A stretch of DNA of 43,525 bases, taken from the sequence record SRR20825019_3141; one strand, written 5' to 3'. Below are positions 1 through 10,171 of this stretch, one piece after another. Within the stretch, counting starts at the first letter, position 1, and each line of letters begins with the position of its first letter. Under the pieces are notes generated by a model, which made no database searches, was not told the origin of the DNA, and was given only the letters and a program-made list of their open reading frames with translations. The translations under genes were made by a program, and so were the position numbers.

Positions 1-172
1 CAATGATTCCAAAGGTTATGGTTTCATTACGAACGACGACACAGGAAAAGACATCTTTGTTCATGTTACAGCATTGAACGGAGTGGAATTGAACGAAGGC
101 GACAAAGTAGAATACATCGAAGAAGAAGGAAGAAAAGGAGTGGTTGCTGCACGCGTGCAAGTAATCGGATAA
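1..172 (+). CDS. Cold-shock protein (CSD), 5' truncated by window edge
   Basis: Manual translation NDSKGYGFITNDDTGKDIFVHVTALNG...VQVIG*, with RNP1 (KGYGFI) and RNP2 (IFVH) motifs; not in ORF track. Confidence 0.93.
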   Translation, partial: NDSKGYGFITNDDTGKDIFVHVTALNGVELNEGDKVEYIEEEGRKGVVAARVQVIG

Positions 173-196
173 AAATATTTTATTTTGATTTGATTT

Positions 197-227
197 AAAA
201 CCTCGGCAATGCCGGGGTTTTTTCTTT
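197..227. terminator. Intrinsic terminator, probably bidirectional
   Basis: AAAACCTCGGC-AAT-GCCGGGGTTTTTT hairpin between convergent genes. Confidence 0.85.
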
Positions 228-696
228 AGTTAAGGTTTCTTCGTTGAATAAAGAATCGCTTGAGCATTTCTGAAGCCTCCCTTTCCATAACACCTCCTAC
301 GACCTCGGTTTTGGGATGGAGATGCCCTCCCATAACACTAAACCCACGCTCCAGATCCGAAGCGCCATAAACCACTTTGGAGATTTGGCTCCAATACAAT
401 GCCCCTGCGCACATTTGGCAAGGCTCCAAGGTCACGTACAACGTACACCCCTGCAGGTATTTTCCGCCTAAAAAGTTCGATGCAGCCGTAATGGCCTGCA
501 TTTCGGCATGTGCGGTAACATCTTTTAAACGCTCGGTTAAGTTGTGAGCCCTTCCAATGATCCGGTTGTTCACCACTATGACCGCACCAACAGGTACTTC
601 CCCATTTTCAAAAGCGATTTCCGCCTCTTGCATGGCTCTTTTCATAAAATAATTGTCGTCAAATGGGTTCTCCACGATTTTTATGTCATTTTTCAA
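226..696 (-). CDS. tadA: tRNA adenosine deaminase / nucleoside deaminase
   Basis: EVPVGAV, HAE and EPCQMC zinc deaminase motifs; start codon uncertain. Confidence 0.85.
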   Translation of the reverse strand: MKNDIKIVENPFDDNYFMKRAMQEAEIAFENGEVPVGAVIVVNNRIIGRAHNLTERLKDVTAHAEMQAITAASNFLGGKYLQGCTLYVTLEPCQMCAGALYWSQISKVVYGASDLERGFSVMGGHLHPKTEVVGGVMEREASEMLKRFFIQRRNLN

Positions 697-758
697 CAGA
701 TTGCTAAGCTACACATAAAATAATTTTGAGGAGAATCGATACTTTTGTTTTTTATTCA

Positions 759-2537
759 TTGGAAAGACTGCTAAAACATATCGAATCCCCTAAGGACCTC
801 AAAAAATTAACCTTGGACGAGCTGCCCAAGCTCGCTCAGGAATTGAGGGAATTTATCATTGATATTGTTTCTACCAAGGAAGGACATCTAGGGGCAAGTT
901 TGGGGGTTGTGGAACTTACCATTGCCCTTCATTATGTGTTCAATGCTCCGTATGACAAACTTATTTGGGATGTGGGCCACCAAGCTTACGGACACAAAAT
1001 TTTAACGGGACGCAAAGAAATTTTCGATACCAACCGACAATTGGGTGGAATCAGTGGTTTTCCAAAACGAAGTGAAAGCGAATACGACGATTTTGGGACC
1101 GGGCACAGCTCCACCGCCATATCTGCTATTCTTGGCATGGCCATGGCCTCAAAACTCAACAAAGACTTTAACAAACAACATATTGCGGTAGTTGGGGATG
1201 CTTCCATTGCGAGCGGAATGGCATTTGAAGGACTTAACCATTTGGGCGTTACCAATGTTAACACATTAATTGTCTTGAACGATAACGCCATCGGAATCGA
1301 CCCAAGCGTAGGTGCGTTAAAAAAATACCTTACCAATGTTAAGGCTGGAACCGCCAAGGACGAGAACATTTTTGAATGCCTAAACCTCAACTACACAGGA
1401 CCAATCAATGGTCATGATCTAAAAGCTTTGGTAACAGAACTGGAACGCTTAAAACATGTTGATGGTCCAAAACTGCTTCATATTATCACCACAAAAGGGA
1501 AAGGGCTAAAACAGGCCGAGGAAGACCAAGTGGTGTACCATGCCCCTGGAAAATTTGATAAAATTACTGGGGAGCGGTTTAAAAAATCGGGGGAGGTACA
1601 GCCTCCCAAATATCAAGATGTGTTTGGACATACCCTTGTGGAATTGGCCAAGTTAAACGAAAAAATTGTTGGGATTACCCCTGCGATGCCCAGCGGAAGC
1701 TCCCTTAAATTTATGATGGAAGACATTCCAGAGCGCGCCTTTGATGTAGGCATCGCCGAGCAACATGCCGTAACCTTGGCCGCAGGTATGGCCACTCAGG
1801 GATTGGTCCCGTTTTGCAATATTTATTCTACTTTTTTGCAAAGAGCCTATGATCAGGTCATACACGATGTTGCGCTACAAAAACTTCCTGTAATTTTCTG
1901 TTTGGACAGGGCTGGTTTGGTGGGACAGGACGGTCCTACGCACCATGGCGTTTTTGATATGGCCTTCTTGCGCTGTATTCCCAACTTGATCATATTCTCC
2001 CCAATGAACGAGATGGAGTTACGAAACATAATGTACACAGCACAATTGGGATTGGATGGACCGATTGCAATAAGATACCCTCGAGGTCGTGGCGTGACCA
2101 TAGATTGGAAAAATGATCTTGAATCCATAGAAATAGGTACTGGGCGCAGTCTTAAAAATGGGTCCAAAATTGCTGTTCTGACCATTGGACATATTGGCAA
2201 TACGGTTGCCGAACTCATTCAAAAATTGGATAGGCCCGAAGAAGTGGGGCACTATGATATGCGCTTCGTAAAACCGCTGGACAAGAATCTTCTCCGCACT
2301 GTTTTTAATACATACGAGCATGTTATTACCGTGGAAGATGGCACAAAGCTGGGTGGTCTTGGTTCTGCCATACTCGAATTTGCCAATGAAGAGGGCTTCA
2401 CAAAGCAAATAAAGATATTTGGGGTTCCTGACCAATTTGTAGATCATGGCGATGTCTTGGAGACCCACCAAATGGCTGGTATAGATTTTGATACGATACA
2501 CACATACATACAATCAACCTTGAACCAATGCGATTAA
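759..2537 (+). CDS. dxs: 1-deoxy-D-xylulose-5-phosphate synthase
   Basis: GHLGASLG, WDVGHQ, GDA..LNDN TPP motif, GIAEQHAV, DRAG; TTG start at 759 chosen because a TACTTTTG -7 box lies at 740-747 (ORF track start 726). Confidence 0.95.
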   Translation: MERLLKHIESPKDLKKLTLDELPKLAQELREFIIDIVSTKEGHLGASLGVVELTIALHYVFNAPYDKLIWDVGHQAYGHKILTGRKEIFDTNRQLGGISGFPKRSESEYDDFGTGHSSTAISAILGMAMASKLNKDFNKQHIAVVGDASIASGMAFEGLNHLGVTNVNTLIVLNDNAIGIDPSVGALKKYLTNVKAGTAKDENIFECLNLNYTGPINGHDLKALVTELERLKHVDGPKLLHIITTKGKGLKQAEEDQVVYHAPGKFDKITGERFKKSGEVQPPKYQDVFGHTLVELAKLNEKIVGITPAMPSGSSLKFMMEDIPERAFDVGIAEQHAVTLAAGMATQGLVPFCNIYSTFLQRAYDQVIHDVALQKLPVIFCLDRAGLVGQDGPTHHGVFDMAFLRCIPNLIIFSPMNEMELRNIMYTAQLGLDGPIAIRYPRGRGVTIDWKNDLESIEIGTGRSLKNGSKIAVLTIGHIGNTVAELIQKLDRPEEVGHYDMRFVKPLDKNLLRTVFNTYEHVITVEDGTKLGGLGSAILEFANEEGFTKQIKIFGVPDQFVDHGDVLETHQMAGIDFDTIHTYIQSTLNQCD

Positions 2538-3586
2538 ACTGTTTTTTAATTTTATTTCTAGCTGTTTTTCTATCTGCCCATTCCCAAGTGACCCAGTTAA
2601 AGGCGTTTGAAATTGATAGCACCAATGGCAGCTTTAAGATAATTCGCATTAAGGATGTAAAGCTCAAATACCTTACCCGGAATGCAAAACTGACCGACCC
2701 ACGTACGGTATTGAACCGGGTAAAGCCTTTGAGTATATGGTACAATCGTTTCAAACCAACATCTTTCTGGAAAAAGGTCAACAAATTTGGTCTCAACGTC
2801 AGTGAAGTTTCTTTTGTAAACTGGAACGCAGGGGGAGACAACTCTGTTTCGGCTCTTGCGAGCGCTGATTTTGCCCGTAACTATAAATTCCGCTACCTAA
2901 GTTGGAACAATGAAGCCCAGCTTCGATATGGCCTCAATGCACAAGAAGGACGAAAACTCCGCAAAACGGACGACCAGATTCGACTCTCCACCACGCTCAG
3001 TTTTAGGAAGGACACCATCACCAATTGGTACTATTCGGTAAAGGCCAACATTCGGACGCAATTTTCCAATGGTTATAAATATCCTGATAGAGATACGCCA
3101 ATTTCAAGGTTTATGGCCCCTGGATATTTGTTTGTCGGTGTGGGTACATCATACATACCCCCAAAAGATCAGTTCAACCTTTACATTTCACCCGCGACCA
3201 TGAAATCTACCTTTGTGTTGGATGAGGCTCTCTCCAATCAGGGCGCTTTTGGTGTGGAAGCCGGGGACAGAGTGTTTTTGGAACTTGGTTTTTTGGTGAC
3301 AAATACTTGGGAAACCGAAATTGCCAACAATGTTCTTATGAGCCATCGCCTCAACCTATATACAGATTATGTGCGGAGTTTTGGGAACATAGATGTGGAT
3401 TGGGAACTTAACTTCAATCTCAAGGTAAATGACTTTCTAAATGCAAATATTGGAACTCATATCATCTTTGATGATGACATCAAATTTGATGAGGAAGTTG
3501 CTGAGGATGGAACCGTAATAAGCCCGGGCGTGGCCAAAATCCAGTTTAAGCAGTTACTGGGGGTAGGACTGCTCTATTCGTTTTAG
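2528..3586 (+). CDS. DUF3078-like outer membrane beta-barrel protein
   Basis: Signal peptide, NWNAGG, RKTDD, SRFMAPGY motifs, C-terminal Phe. Confidence 0.8.
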   Translation: MRLNCFLILFLAVFLSAHSQVTQLKAFEIDSTNGSFKIIRIKDVKLKYLTRNAKLTDPRTVLNRVKPLSIWYNRFKPTSFWKKVNKFGLNVSEVSFVNWNAGGDNSVSALASADFARNYKFRYLSWNNEAQLRYGLNAQEGRKLRKTDDQIRLSTTLSFRKDTITNWYYSVKANIRTQFSNGYKYPDRDTPISRFMAPGYLFVGVGTSYIPPKDQFNLYISPATMKSTFVLDEALSNQGAFGVEAGDRVFLELGFLVTNTWETEIANNVLMSHRLNLYTDYVRSFGNIDVDWELNFNLKVNDFLNANIGTHIIFDDDIKFDEEVAEDGTVISPGVAKIQFKQLLGVGLLYSF

Positions 3587-4941
3587 ACCTTTCGACCTGT
3601 TAATTTATCATGGATATGAACGGCGGCACTATCGGACAAACTGGCCACAAAACAACTGGTGTCCAATAATATCTTATAGATGGGCACATCCGTATTCCTA
3701 TAGTTTTCAGGTAAACTTTTGATGAGCAATCGGTCATAATTGGTATCCTCTCCCTCCTTTACATTGATAAGGGCCGTAGTATACATATCCAATAAGTCCG
3801 AAATAATTCGATATCCCGCCAATTCCTTATCCACTACCTCGGTGGATTGATATATCTTTTCCACGCTCAATTTGATGATGTCATCGACCTGCGCTGTGTA
3901 CTTTCCCTTGTCCAGTAAAGATGCATCAAACTCACCATTGAGAATCTTCTCCTCGTTATTTACAAAAACCTCTACTGCATCTCCTATCAAGGTACTGATG
4001 GCAAGCGCCCTCAAATAGCTCAATCTATCACTGGAGGTGGTCATGGCATTATACTTTTTGGTATTGATGTTGTCCTTTACCAAATTGATAAGGTACTCCA
4101 AGGCATATTCCTCGGGTATCAATCCCAAATTGATGCCGTCCTCAAAATCGATAATTGTATAGCAAATATCGTCCGCTGCCTCTACCAAATAGGTCAATGG
4201 ATGTCTTAAAAATCCTGTTTTGGGGTGGGCAGGATTGGGCAAAAGACCTATTTCCCCCACTAATTCATTAAAAAACTCTTTTTCGGACTGGAAAAAACCA
4301 AACTTCTTATCGGCAATGTTCCTCGACGGCTTTTTTGGCAAAGAAGCTTTGGGGTACTTTATGAATGCTCCCAGAGTAGCGTAGCTCAACCGCAACCCCC
4401 CAGGCACTCCTTCACGGGATTCTGTTAACAACTTAAACCCGTTGGCATTACCTTCAAAATCAATCAAATCTTGATACTCTTCTGCTGCGAGAACATCTTC
4501 GTAGAATTTTCCTTTGCCCTGTTTAAAGTAATTGCCGATGGCTTTTTCCCCACTGTGCCCAAACGGGGGGTTACCAATATCATGGGCCAAGGCTGCGGCG
4601 GCTACAATAGCTCCAAAATCGTTAAAGTGATGGCCATGAACTTCGGACAAGAACGGATACTTCGCTAAAACCTGTTGTCCGGCAATACGCCCCAAACTTC
4701 TTCCTACCACGGACACTTCCATGCTGTGCGTAAGGCGGGTATGCACAAAATTCTTCTGTGAGCCTACTGCAATCGGCATTGGAAACACCTGTGTTTTGTC
4801 CTGTAAACTCCTAAATGCCGATGAAAAAATGATTCGGTCGTAGTCCACCTCGAACCCTAGCCGGGTTTCGTTCTGTTCCTTCCGCAGGCGTTTTCCGGTG
4901 TCCCCGTATCTTTTTAAAGAGAGTAGCTGTTCCCAGTTCAT
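3583..4941 (-). CDS. dgt: dGTP triphosphohydrolase (HD family)
   Basis: FRSLQDKTQV, TRLTHS, HDIGNPPFGH, FEGNA, EAADDICY. Confidence 0.95.
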   Translation of the reverse strand: MNWEQLLSLKRYGDTGKRLRKEQNETRLGFEVDYDRIIFSSAFRSLQDKTQVFPMPIAVGSQKNFVHTRLTHSMEVSVVGRSLGRIAGQQVLAKYPFLSEVHGHHFNDFGAIVAAAALAHDIGNPPFGHSGEKAIGNYFKQGKGKFYEDVLAAEEYQDLIDFEGNANGFKLLTESREGVPGGLRLSYATLGAFIKYPKASLPKKPSRNIADKKFGFFQSEKEFFNELVGEIGLLPNPAHPKTGFLRHPLTYLVEAADDICYTIIDFEDGINLGLIPEEYALEYLINLVKDNINTKKYNAMTTSSDRLSYLRALAISTLIGDAVEVFVNNEEKILNGEFDASLLDKGKYTAQVDDIIKLSVEKIYQSTEVVDKELAGYRIISDLLDMYTTALINVKEGEDTNYDRLLIKSLPENYRNTDVPIYKILLDTSCFVASLSDSAAVHIHDKLTGRKV

Positions 4942-5045
4942 AATGATTTATTGGTGCAATATACGTTTAACCTAAATCATAGACCAACATAGGGGCTTTA
5001 CATTGCTTTACAATGCTTAATGATTACTTAAACTTAAAATTACAG

Positions 5046-5154
5046 TAAAGAAATTTCCAAAGTTCAATTTTGAATTGGATTTCTTTATGGATATTAGTTT
5101 TTGTCGACTATTCTTCGAAATCTGAGGGCTACCTTTCAAGAGGTAGCCTTTTTT
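5046..5154 (+). ncRNA. Candidate small RNA upstream of the phosphate porin
   Basis: 5' hairpin 5046-5087, U-rich segment with a 12-nt complement to the porin 5' UTR, GC-rich terminator 5125-5154. Confidence 0.5.
5125..5154 (+). terminator. Intrinsic terminator with no upstream + strand gene
   Basis: GGCTACCT-ttcaag-AGGTAGCC followed by TTTTTT. Confidence 0.85.
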
Positions 5155-5187
5155 ATTAAAATGACATACATAAAATAACATACAGGA

Positions 5188-5204
5188 AATGTTAACTTAA
5201 CATT
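5188..5204. promoter_or_regulatory. Palindromic operator candidate
   Basis: Perfect inverted repeat AATGTTAA-c-TTAACATT; related CTTAACAT upstream of the Pi transporter (6466-6473). Confidence 0.45.
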
Positions 5205-5242
5205 GGGTGCGGTTATTTGCAGCGACAAAAACTAGTACCGTA

Positions 5243-6457
5243 ATGAATACCAAAAAGTTAACCCTAATTGGGATTATCTTTATATTCACTTGCACGCACC
5301 TTTCTTATTCTCAAGAAATTAGATCAACGCATTTTGGCAACGGATTGCTCAACATTATGGGCAAAGACAGCACTTGGTCCATGAAAGTGGGAGCAAGAAT
5401 GCAATTATTGTCCAATTTTAGCTGGACTGATGAAGGGCAAAGTAAATTTACCAACCCAGAGCAGGATTTTTTGGTAAGACGTGCACGGCTCAAATTCAAC
5501 GGCTTTGCCTATTCCCCAAAACTTAAATACAAAATTGAGCTTGGTCTGTCGAACAGGGATATGTCGGGGTCATCAGAGTTTACGGGCAATACGCCAAGGT
5601 ACATCCTTGATGCCGTGGTCATTTGGAATTTCTACCAGAACTTTGAACTTTGGTTTGGACAAACCAAGTTGCCCGGCAACATTGAAAGGGTCATCTCTTC
5701 CGGAAATCTTCAACAGGTAGATCGCTCATTGTTGAACAGTAGGTTCAATATAGACAGGGATATGGGCTTTCAACTCCGACATCATTTCTATTTGGGCAAT
5801 AGGTTTTTGGTCCGTGAAAAATTAGCATTCTCACAAGGTGAGGGAAGAAACGTTACACAGGGTAATCTAGGAGGGCACCAATACACCTCAAGAATTGAGC
5901 TGCTTCCCTTTGGGAATTTCGTTAAAAAAGGAGACTATAGGGCTGCCGACCTCAACCGTGAGCAAACCCCAAAGCTAATGTTCGGAACTACTTATGACAT
6001 AAACAACAACGCGGTTAAAACTAGGAGCAATATGGGAAGTTATATGCCCAATGATATTGGGTTCCACGAAACCAACATCTATACTCTGTTCCTTGACCTT
6101 ATGTTCAAATACAGGGGCTTTTCACTTATGGGGGAGTTTGCGCATCGCGATGCCAGTGAACCCGTGGCATTGAACTCAGATAACACTCCTACGGGAGACG
6201 CTGTGCAGGTAGGAAATGGACTTAACCTGCAATCGGGTTACTTGTTCAAAAATAATTGGGAGGTATCGGCCCGATTCACTAACATTGAATTGGATATGGA
6301 AATCACAGGTAAAAATCCGCAAAAACAATATACATTAGGGCTATCAAAATATATTGTAGGACATAAACTAAAGGTTCAAACAGACCTTAGCTATTTAAAT
6401 ATTGACAATGGTTTGGATGAGCTGATGTACCGCCTACAGGTAGATGTACATTTCTAA
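5243..6457 (+). CDS. Phosphate-selective porin O/P family protein
   Basis: Signal peptide, FLVRRARLKFNG, FGQTKLP, RDMG motifs, C-terminal Phe; next to Pi transporter. ATG 5243 preferred over 5207. Confidence 0.8.
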   Translation: MNTKKLTLIGIIFIFTCTHLSYSQEIRSTHFGNGLLNIMGKDSTWSMKVGARMQLLSNFSWTDEGQSKFTNPEQDFLVRRARLKFNGFAYSPKLKYKIELGLSNRDMSGSSEFTGNTPRYILDAVVIWNFYQNFELWFGQTKLPGNIERVISSGNLQQVDRSLLNSRFNIDRDMGFQLRHHFYLGNRFLVREKLAFSQGEGRNVTQGNLGGHQYTSRIELLPFGNFVKKGDYRAADLNREQTPKLMFGTTYDINNNAVKTRSNMGSYMPNDIGFHETNIYTLFLDLMFKYRGFSLMGEFAHRDASEPVALNSDNTPTGDAVQVGNGLNLQSGYLFKNNWEVSARFTNIELDMEITGKNPQKQYTLGLSKYIVGHKLKVQTDLSYLNIDNGLDELMYRLQVDVHF

Positions 6458-6528
6458 AAAATAACCTTAACATAACTTATCAAAAGTGTATTCTCTTGAT
6501 ATTTGAAAAATTTTTTTGAATTCTAATT

Positions 6529-8823
6529 ATGGACAACATTTACTTTTTAATCCTTGTAGCCTTGGGCATTCTGGCCATTGCAGATCTTGTTGTTGGCGTC
6601 AGTAACGATGCTGTAAATTTTCTGAATTCTGCTATTGGTTCCAAGGCAATATCGTTCAAGACCATCATGATCGTGGCAAGTGTGGGCATAGCCTGTGGAG
6701 CCATTTTCTCCAGCGGTCTTATGGAAGTTGCAAGGAAAGGTATTTTTAACCCCGGTGAATTTTATTTTGATGAGATCATGTTCATTTTTATGGCCGTAAT
6801 GATCACTGACATACTGCTATTGGACTTTTTCAATACCATAGGAATGCCTACATCAACCACTGTTTCCATAGTTTTCAACCTTTTGGGGGCCGCTGTTGCT
6901 ATGGCAATTTTAAAAATAGCAAATGTAAATGGTAGTTTCTCGGATATTGTTCATTACATCAACACGGACAAGGCCATTGAAATAATCATAGGTATACTTT
7001 CGTCAGTTGTGATTGCATTTTCCATTGGTGCCTTTGTGCAATGGGTATCCAGGGTATTGCTCTCGTATCAATTTCAAAGAAAGGCGAATTGGGTCGGGGC
7101 CGTTTTTGCGGGAATCGCGCTGTCCGCCATTTCTTATTTTATCCTTTTAAAAGGAATAAAGGGAACTCCTTTTGCCGACCAGACTTATGGTTTTATAGGA
7201 GGTGTAACCATTAAAGATTATTTGGAGACAGAGGTCTACAAGGTGGGCTTTATCAATTTTGCTTTTTGGGCTATTTTGTCCTTTGTACTGATACAGTTCG
7301 CCAAAGTCAATATTTACAAAGTTATCATTGGGGTGGGCACGTTCGCTTTGGCGCTTGCTTTTGCAGGCAACGACCTGGTCAACTTTATTGGTGTGCCCAT
7401 TGCTGCTTGGCAATCCTACATAGCATGGTCGGGATCAGGAGTGGATGCTTCTGAATTTAGCATGGGAATCTTGGCCAACACAGTTGAAACCCCTACCCTT
7501 TTGTTGTTCCTATCAGGAATGATTATGGTAGCCACCTTATGGATGTCCAAAAAAGCCAGATATGTTGCCGATACCGAAATAAACTTATCCAGAGAAGGTG
7601 AGGCCAAGGAAAAGTTTCAGCCAAACTTTCTATCAAGAGGTCTGGTAAGATTTTCCATAAACTTGTCAACATGGGCATCTTCTATAGTTCCCAACTCCCT
7701 ACAAAACAAAATCAATAAACGGTTTGAAAAGCCCACTATGAACCTTTCAAAGGAAAAAGTGCTTCAATTACCCGCTTTTGATATGATCAGGGCTTCGGTC
7801 AATTTAATGGTTGCCGGTATCTTGATTTCCATAGCCACATCTTACAAACTCCCCTTATCAACCACCTATGTCACCTTTATGGTGGCCATGGGTACTTCTT
7901 TGGCCGATAGGGCCTGGGGTGCTGAAAGTGCGGTTTACCGAGTCGCTGGGGTTTTGAACGTAATCGCCGGATGGTTCAGTACGGCCATAATCGCTTTTAT
8001 TGCTTCAGGAGTGGTCTTGTCCCTCATTAATTTTGGGAAAGGTGCCGCCATAGCCATGTTGTTGTTCGCAGCGGTTCTTCTTTTGGTAAGAAATTATATC
8101 TCCTATAACAAAAAATCCAAGGAAATCAAGGTCGAAGATCGTTTAAGAAGAGCAGAAAGTAGCTCCATACAAGGCGTTATCGAAGAAACCGCGACCAACA
8201 TTGCCAATGTGGTAAAGCGTAGCAACAAAATTTACTCCAACTCCATTAATGGTCTTGCCAAGCAGGCTTTGGATTCCCTGAAAAAGAACAAAAAACAAGG
8301 AAACAAACTGGCCTTGGAAATAGAAGACCTCAGGGAACACACCTTTTATTTCATCAAGAACTTGGAAGAGGCCCATATCGGAGCCAGTAACTTCTACATA
8401 AACATAATGGGGTACCTGACAGATATGTCCCAATCCTTGGAATACATTGGAAAGGTGAGTTACAACCACGTTCAAAACAATCATAAAAAGCTAAAGTACA
8501 ATCAAATAAAGGAGCTCAAGGAAATCGACCATAAATTGGAGGAAATCTTCAACAGTACCCAAAAGGCGTTCGAAGAAAAATCCTTTGAGCAAATAGGCGC
8601 CATATTGGATTCCAAGCAAGAACTTTATGATCTGGTTTCCCAAAAGATAGACATCCAAGTATCCCGAACAAGAACAGAGGAATCGAGCCCAAAGAACACC
8701 ACTCTTTACTTCTCACTATTGCTCGAAACAAGGGACTTGATAACCGCTATGATGAACCTTTTGGAACAATATTATCGCGAACATGATAGTACGGTTCAAC
8801 CAGCCACTATCGAAAAAAAATAA
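6529..8823 (+). CDS. Inorganic phosphate transporter (PiT family) with C-terminal helical PhoU-like region
   Basis: GVSNDAVN and AGNDLVN repeats, PTSTT/PLSTT PiT motifs, many TM segments, soluble helical tail. Confidence 0.85.
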   Translation: MDNIYFLILVALGILAIADLVVGVSNDAVNFLNSAIGSKAISFKTIMIVASVGIACGAIFSSGLMEVARKGIFNPGEFYFDEIMFIFMAVMITDILLLDFFNTIGMPTSTTVSIVFNLLGAAVAMAILKIANVNGSFSDIVHYINTDKAIEIIIGILSSVVIAFSIGAFVQWVSRVLLSYQFQRKANWVGAVFAGIALSAISYFILLKGIKGTPFADQTYGFIGGVTIKDYLETEVYKVGFINFAFWAILSFVLIQFAKVNIYKVIIGVGTFALALAFAGNDLVNFIGVPIAAWQSYIAWSGSGVDASEFSMGILANTVETPTLLLFLSGMIMVATLWMSKKARYVADTEINLSREGEAKEKFQPNFLSRGLVRFSINLSTWASSIVPNSLQNKINKRFEKPTMNLSKEKVLQLPAFDMIRASVNLMVAGILISIATSYKLPLSTTYVTFMVAMGTSLADRAWGAESAVYRVAGVLNVIAGWFSTAIIAFIASGVVLSLINFGKGAAIAMLLFAAVLLLVRNYISYNKKSKEIKVEDRLRRAESSSIQGVIEETATNIANVVKRSNKIYSNSINGLAKQALDSLKKNKKQGNKLALEIEDLREHTFYFIKNLEEAHIGASNFYINIMGYLTDMSQSLEYIGKVSYNHVQNNHKKLKYNQIKELKEIDHKLEEIFNSTQKAFEEKSFEQIGAILDSKQELYDLVSQKIDIQVSRTRTEESSPKNTTLYFSLLLETRDLITAMMNLLEQYYREHDSTVQPATIEKK

Positions 8824-8859
8824 AAACGGTATCTTTTCGTCCTCATTAATTTTAATAGG

Positions 8860-9582
8860 ATGAAAAGATACTGTTTTGCTCTACTTGTTTTTGGTCTGTT
8901 ATCCGCTGCCTCCGGGTATTCACAATCAGTTTCAGCGGAAGAGGTTTTGGAAAAAGCCATTGCTTTTCACGATCCGAATGGAAATTGGCAAAGCTTGCAG
9001 GCCACCTTTAAAGTTGTGATGGAAACCCCGAACCGACCAGAAAGGACTAGTGTAATTCAGGTCGATTTTCCAAAACAGGAATTTAATCTGGATGTATCCC
9101 AAGGAGATCATACGTATTCCTACCAAATCCAGGACACATCCTGCGAGATTACCTTGAACGGAAGTAAAGAATACACCCAAAAGGAAGCCGAGCAGTTCAG
9201 ACTGAGCTGTGAGCGCGGTAATTTTATGAAGGATTACTACACGTATCTCTACGGACTCCCCATGAAGCTGAACGATCCAGGAACCAACTTGGACCCAAAA
9301 ACTAAAAAGAAAACATTCGAAGGCAAAGAGTATCTTGTTCTAAAGGTGACTTATGATGCAGAAATAGGAAAGGATACCTGGTATTTTTACTTTGACCCTA
9401 CCACCTATGCCATGGAGGTATACCAGTTTTACCATGATGAAAACAAAAATGACGGGGAGTACATCATTTTAAAGGGACTGGAGACCATTGAAGGGATAAA
9501 AATGCCAAAAACAAGAGCGTGGTACATGAACAAGGGCGATAAATATTTGGGCACCGATACCTTGTCAAAAGAGGTACAATAG
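8860..9582 (+). CDS. Exported protein, DUF6503-like
   Basis: Signal peptide; YYTYLYGLPMKL and DTWYFYFD resemble this Bacteroidota family (from recall). Confidence 0.6.
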   Translation: MKRYCFALLVFGLLSAASGYSQSVSAEEVLEKAIAFHDPNGNWQSLQATFKVVMETPNRPERTSVIQVDFPKQEFNLDVSQGDHTYSYQIQDTSCEITLNGSKEYTQKEAEQFRLSCERGNFMKDYYTYLYGLPMKLNDPGTNLDPKTKKKTFEGKEYLVLKVTYDAEIGKDTWYFYFDPTTYAMEVYQFYHDENKNDGEYIILKGLETIEGIKMPKTRAWYMNKGDKYLGTDTLSKEVQ

Positions 9583-9583
9583 C

Positions 9584-10168
9584 CTACCTATAAAAATTCA
9601 TTTCATCCATATACTTCCAAACCTTATATGGCAATAACGGACGGATGTTTTTACCTGCCTTGTGCGCCTTTCGTATAAAGGTGGAGGAAATTTCCATAAT
9701 CGGGGCATCGACCCGAGTGATCTTGGGATGGTCTTTAAATTCTTGTTCCACTTTGCCCTCTGAAACCCTAGGATAGACATGAATGGAATAGTGCTCCAAA
9801 ATGGTTTCATAATTCTTCCATTTATGGAAACTCTTCAAATTATCTTCTCCCATGATCAGTGAAAAACGATGGTCCTTCCCGTAGTTGTCATCCAAATGGG
9901 CCAGTGTATCTGTCGTATAGTTTGGCTGTGGGAGGTCGAACTCTATTTTACTGGGCTTTAGTTTGGGATACTCCTGTACTGCCTCAAAAACCATTTGATA
10001 CCGATGATTATTGTCCAGAAGCGATTGCTTGACCTTAAATGGACTTTGTGGGGTAATAACGAACCAAACCTCATCCAGATCGGAAAACTCCACCATATGG
10101 TTCGCAATGATCAAGTGACCAATATGTATGGGGTTGAAGGTCCCGAAAAAGAGCCCTACCTTTTTCAT
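9584..10168 (-). CDS. nadD: Nicotinate-nucleotide adenylyltransferase
   Basis: GTFNPIHIGH and ISSTFIR motifs. Confidence 0.95.
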   Translation of the reverse strand: MKKVGLFFGTFNPIHIGHLIIANHMVEFSDLDEVWFVITPQSPFKVKQSLLDNNHRYQMVFEAVQEYPKLKPSKIEFDLPQPNYTTDTLAHLDDNYGKDHRFSLIMGEDNLKSFHKWKNYETILEHYSIHVYPRVSEGKVEQEFKDHPKITRVDAPIMEISSTFIRKAHKAGKNIRPLLPYKVWKYMDEMNFYR

Positions 10169-10171
10169 GGT

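Noticed and set aside
3583-4941. dGTPase (and dCMP deaminase at 31311) as antiphage nucleotide-depletion defence
   Set aside because: Both sit in housekeeping context with no defence island; the deaminase is short and lacks a kinase-like domain
5087-5125. 12-aa ORF MDISFCRLFFEI before the terminator (leader peptide?)
   Set aside because: Too short to support and no telling codon run; the RNA pairing explains the region better, though it is not fully excluded
7709-7720. AAATCAATAAAC in the Pi transporter CDS, complementary to the linker of the 24424-24645 RNA
   Set aside because: AT-rich 12-mer in mid-CDS; plausible by chance
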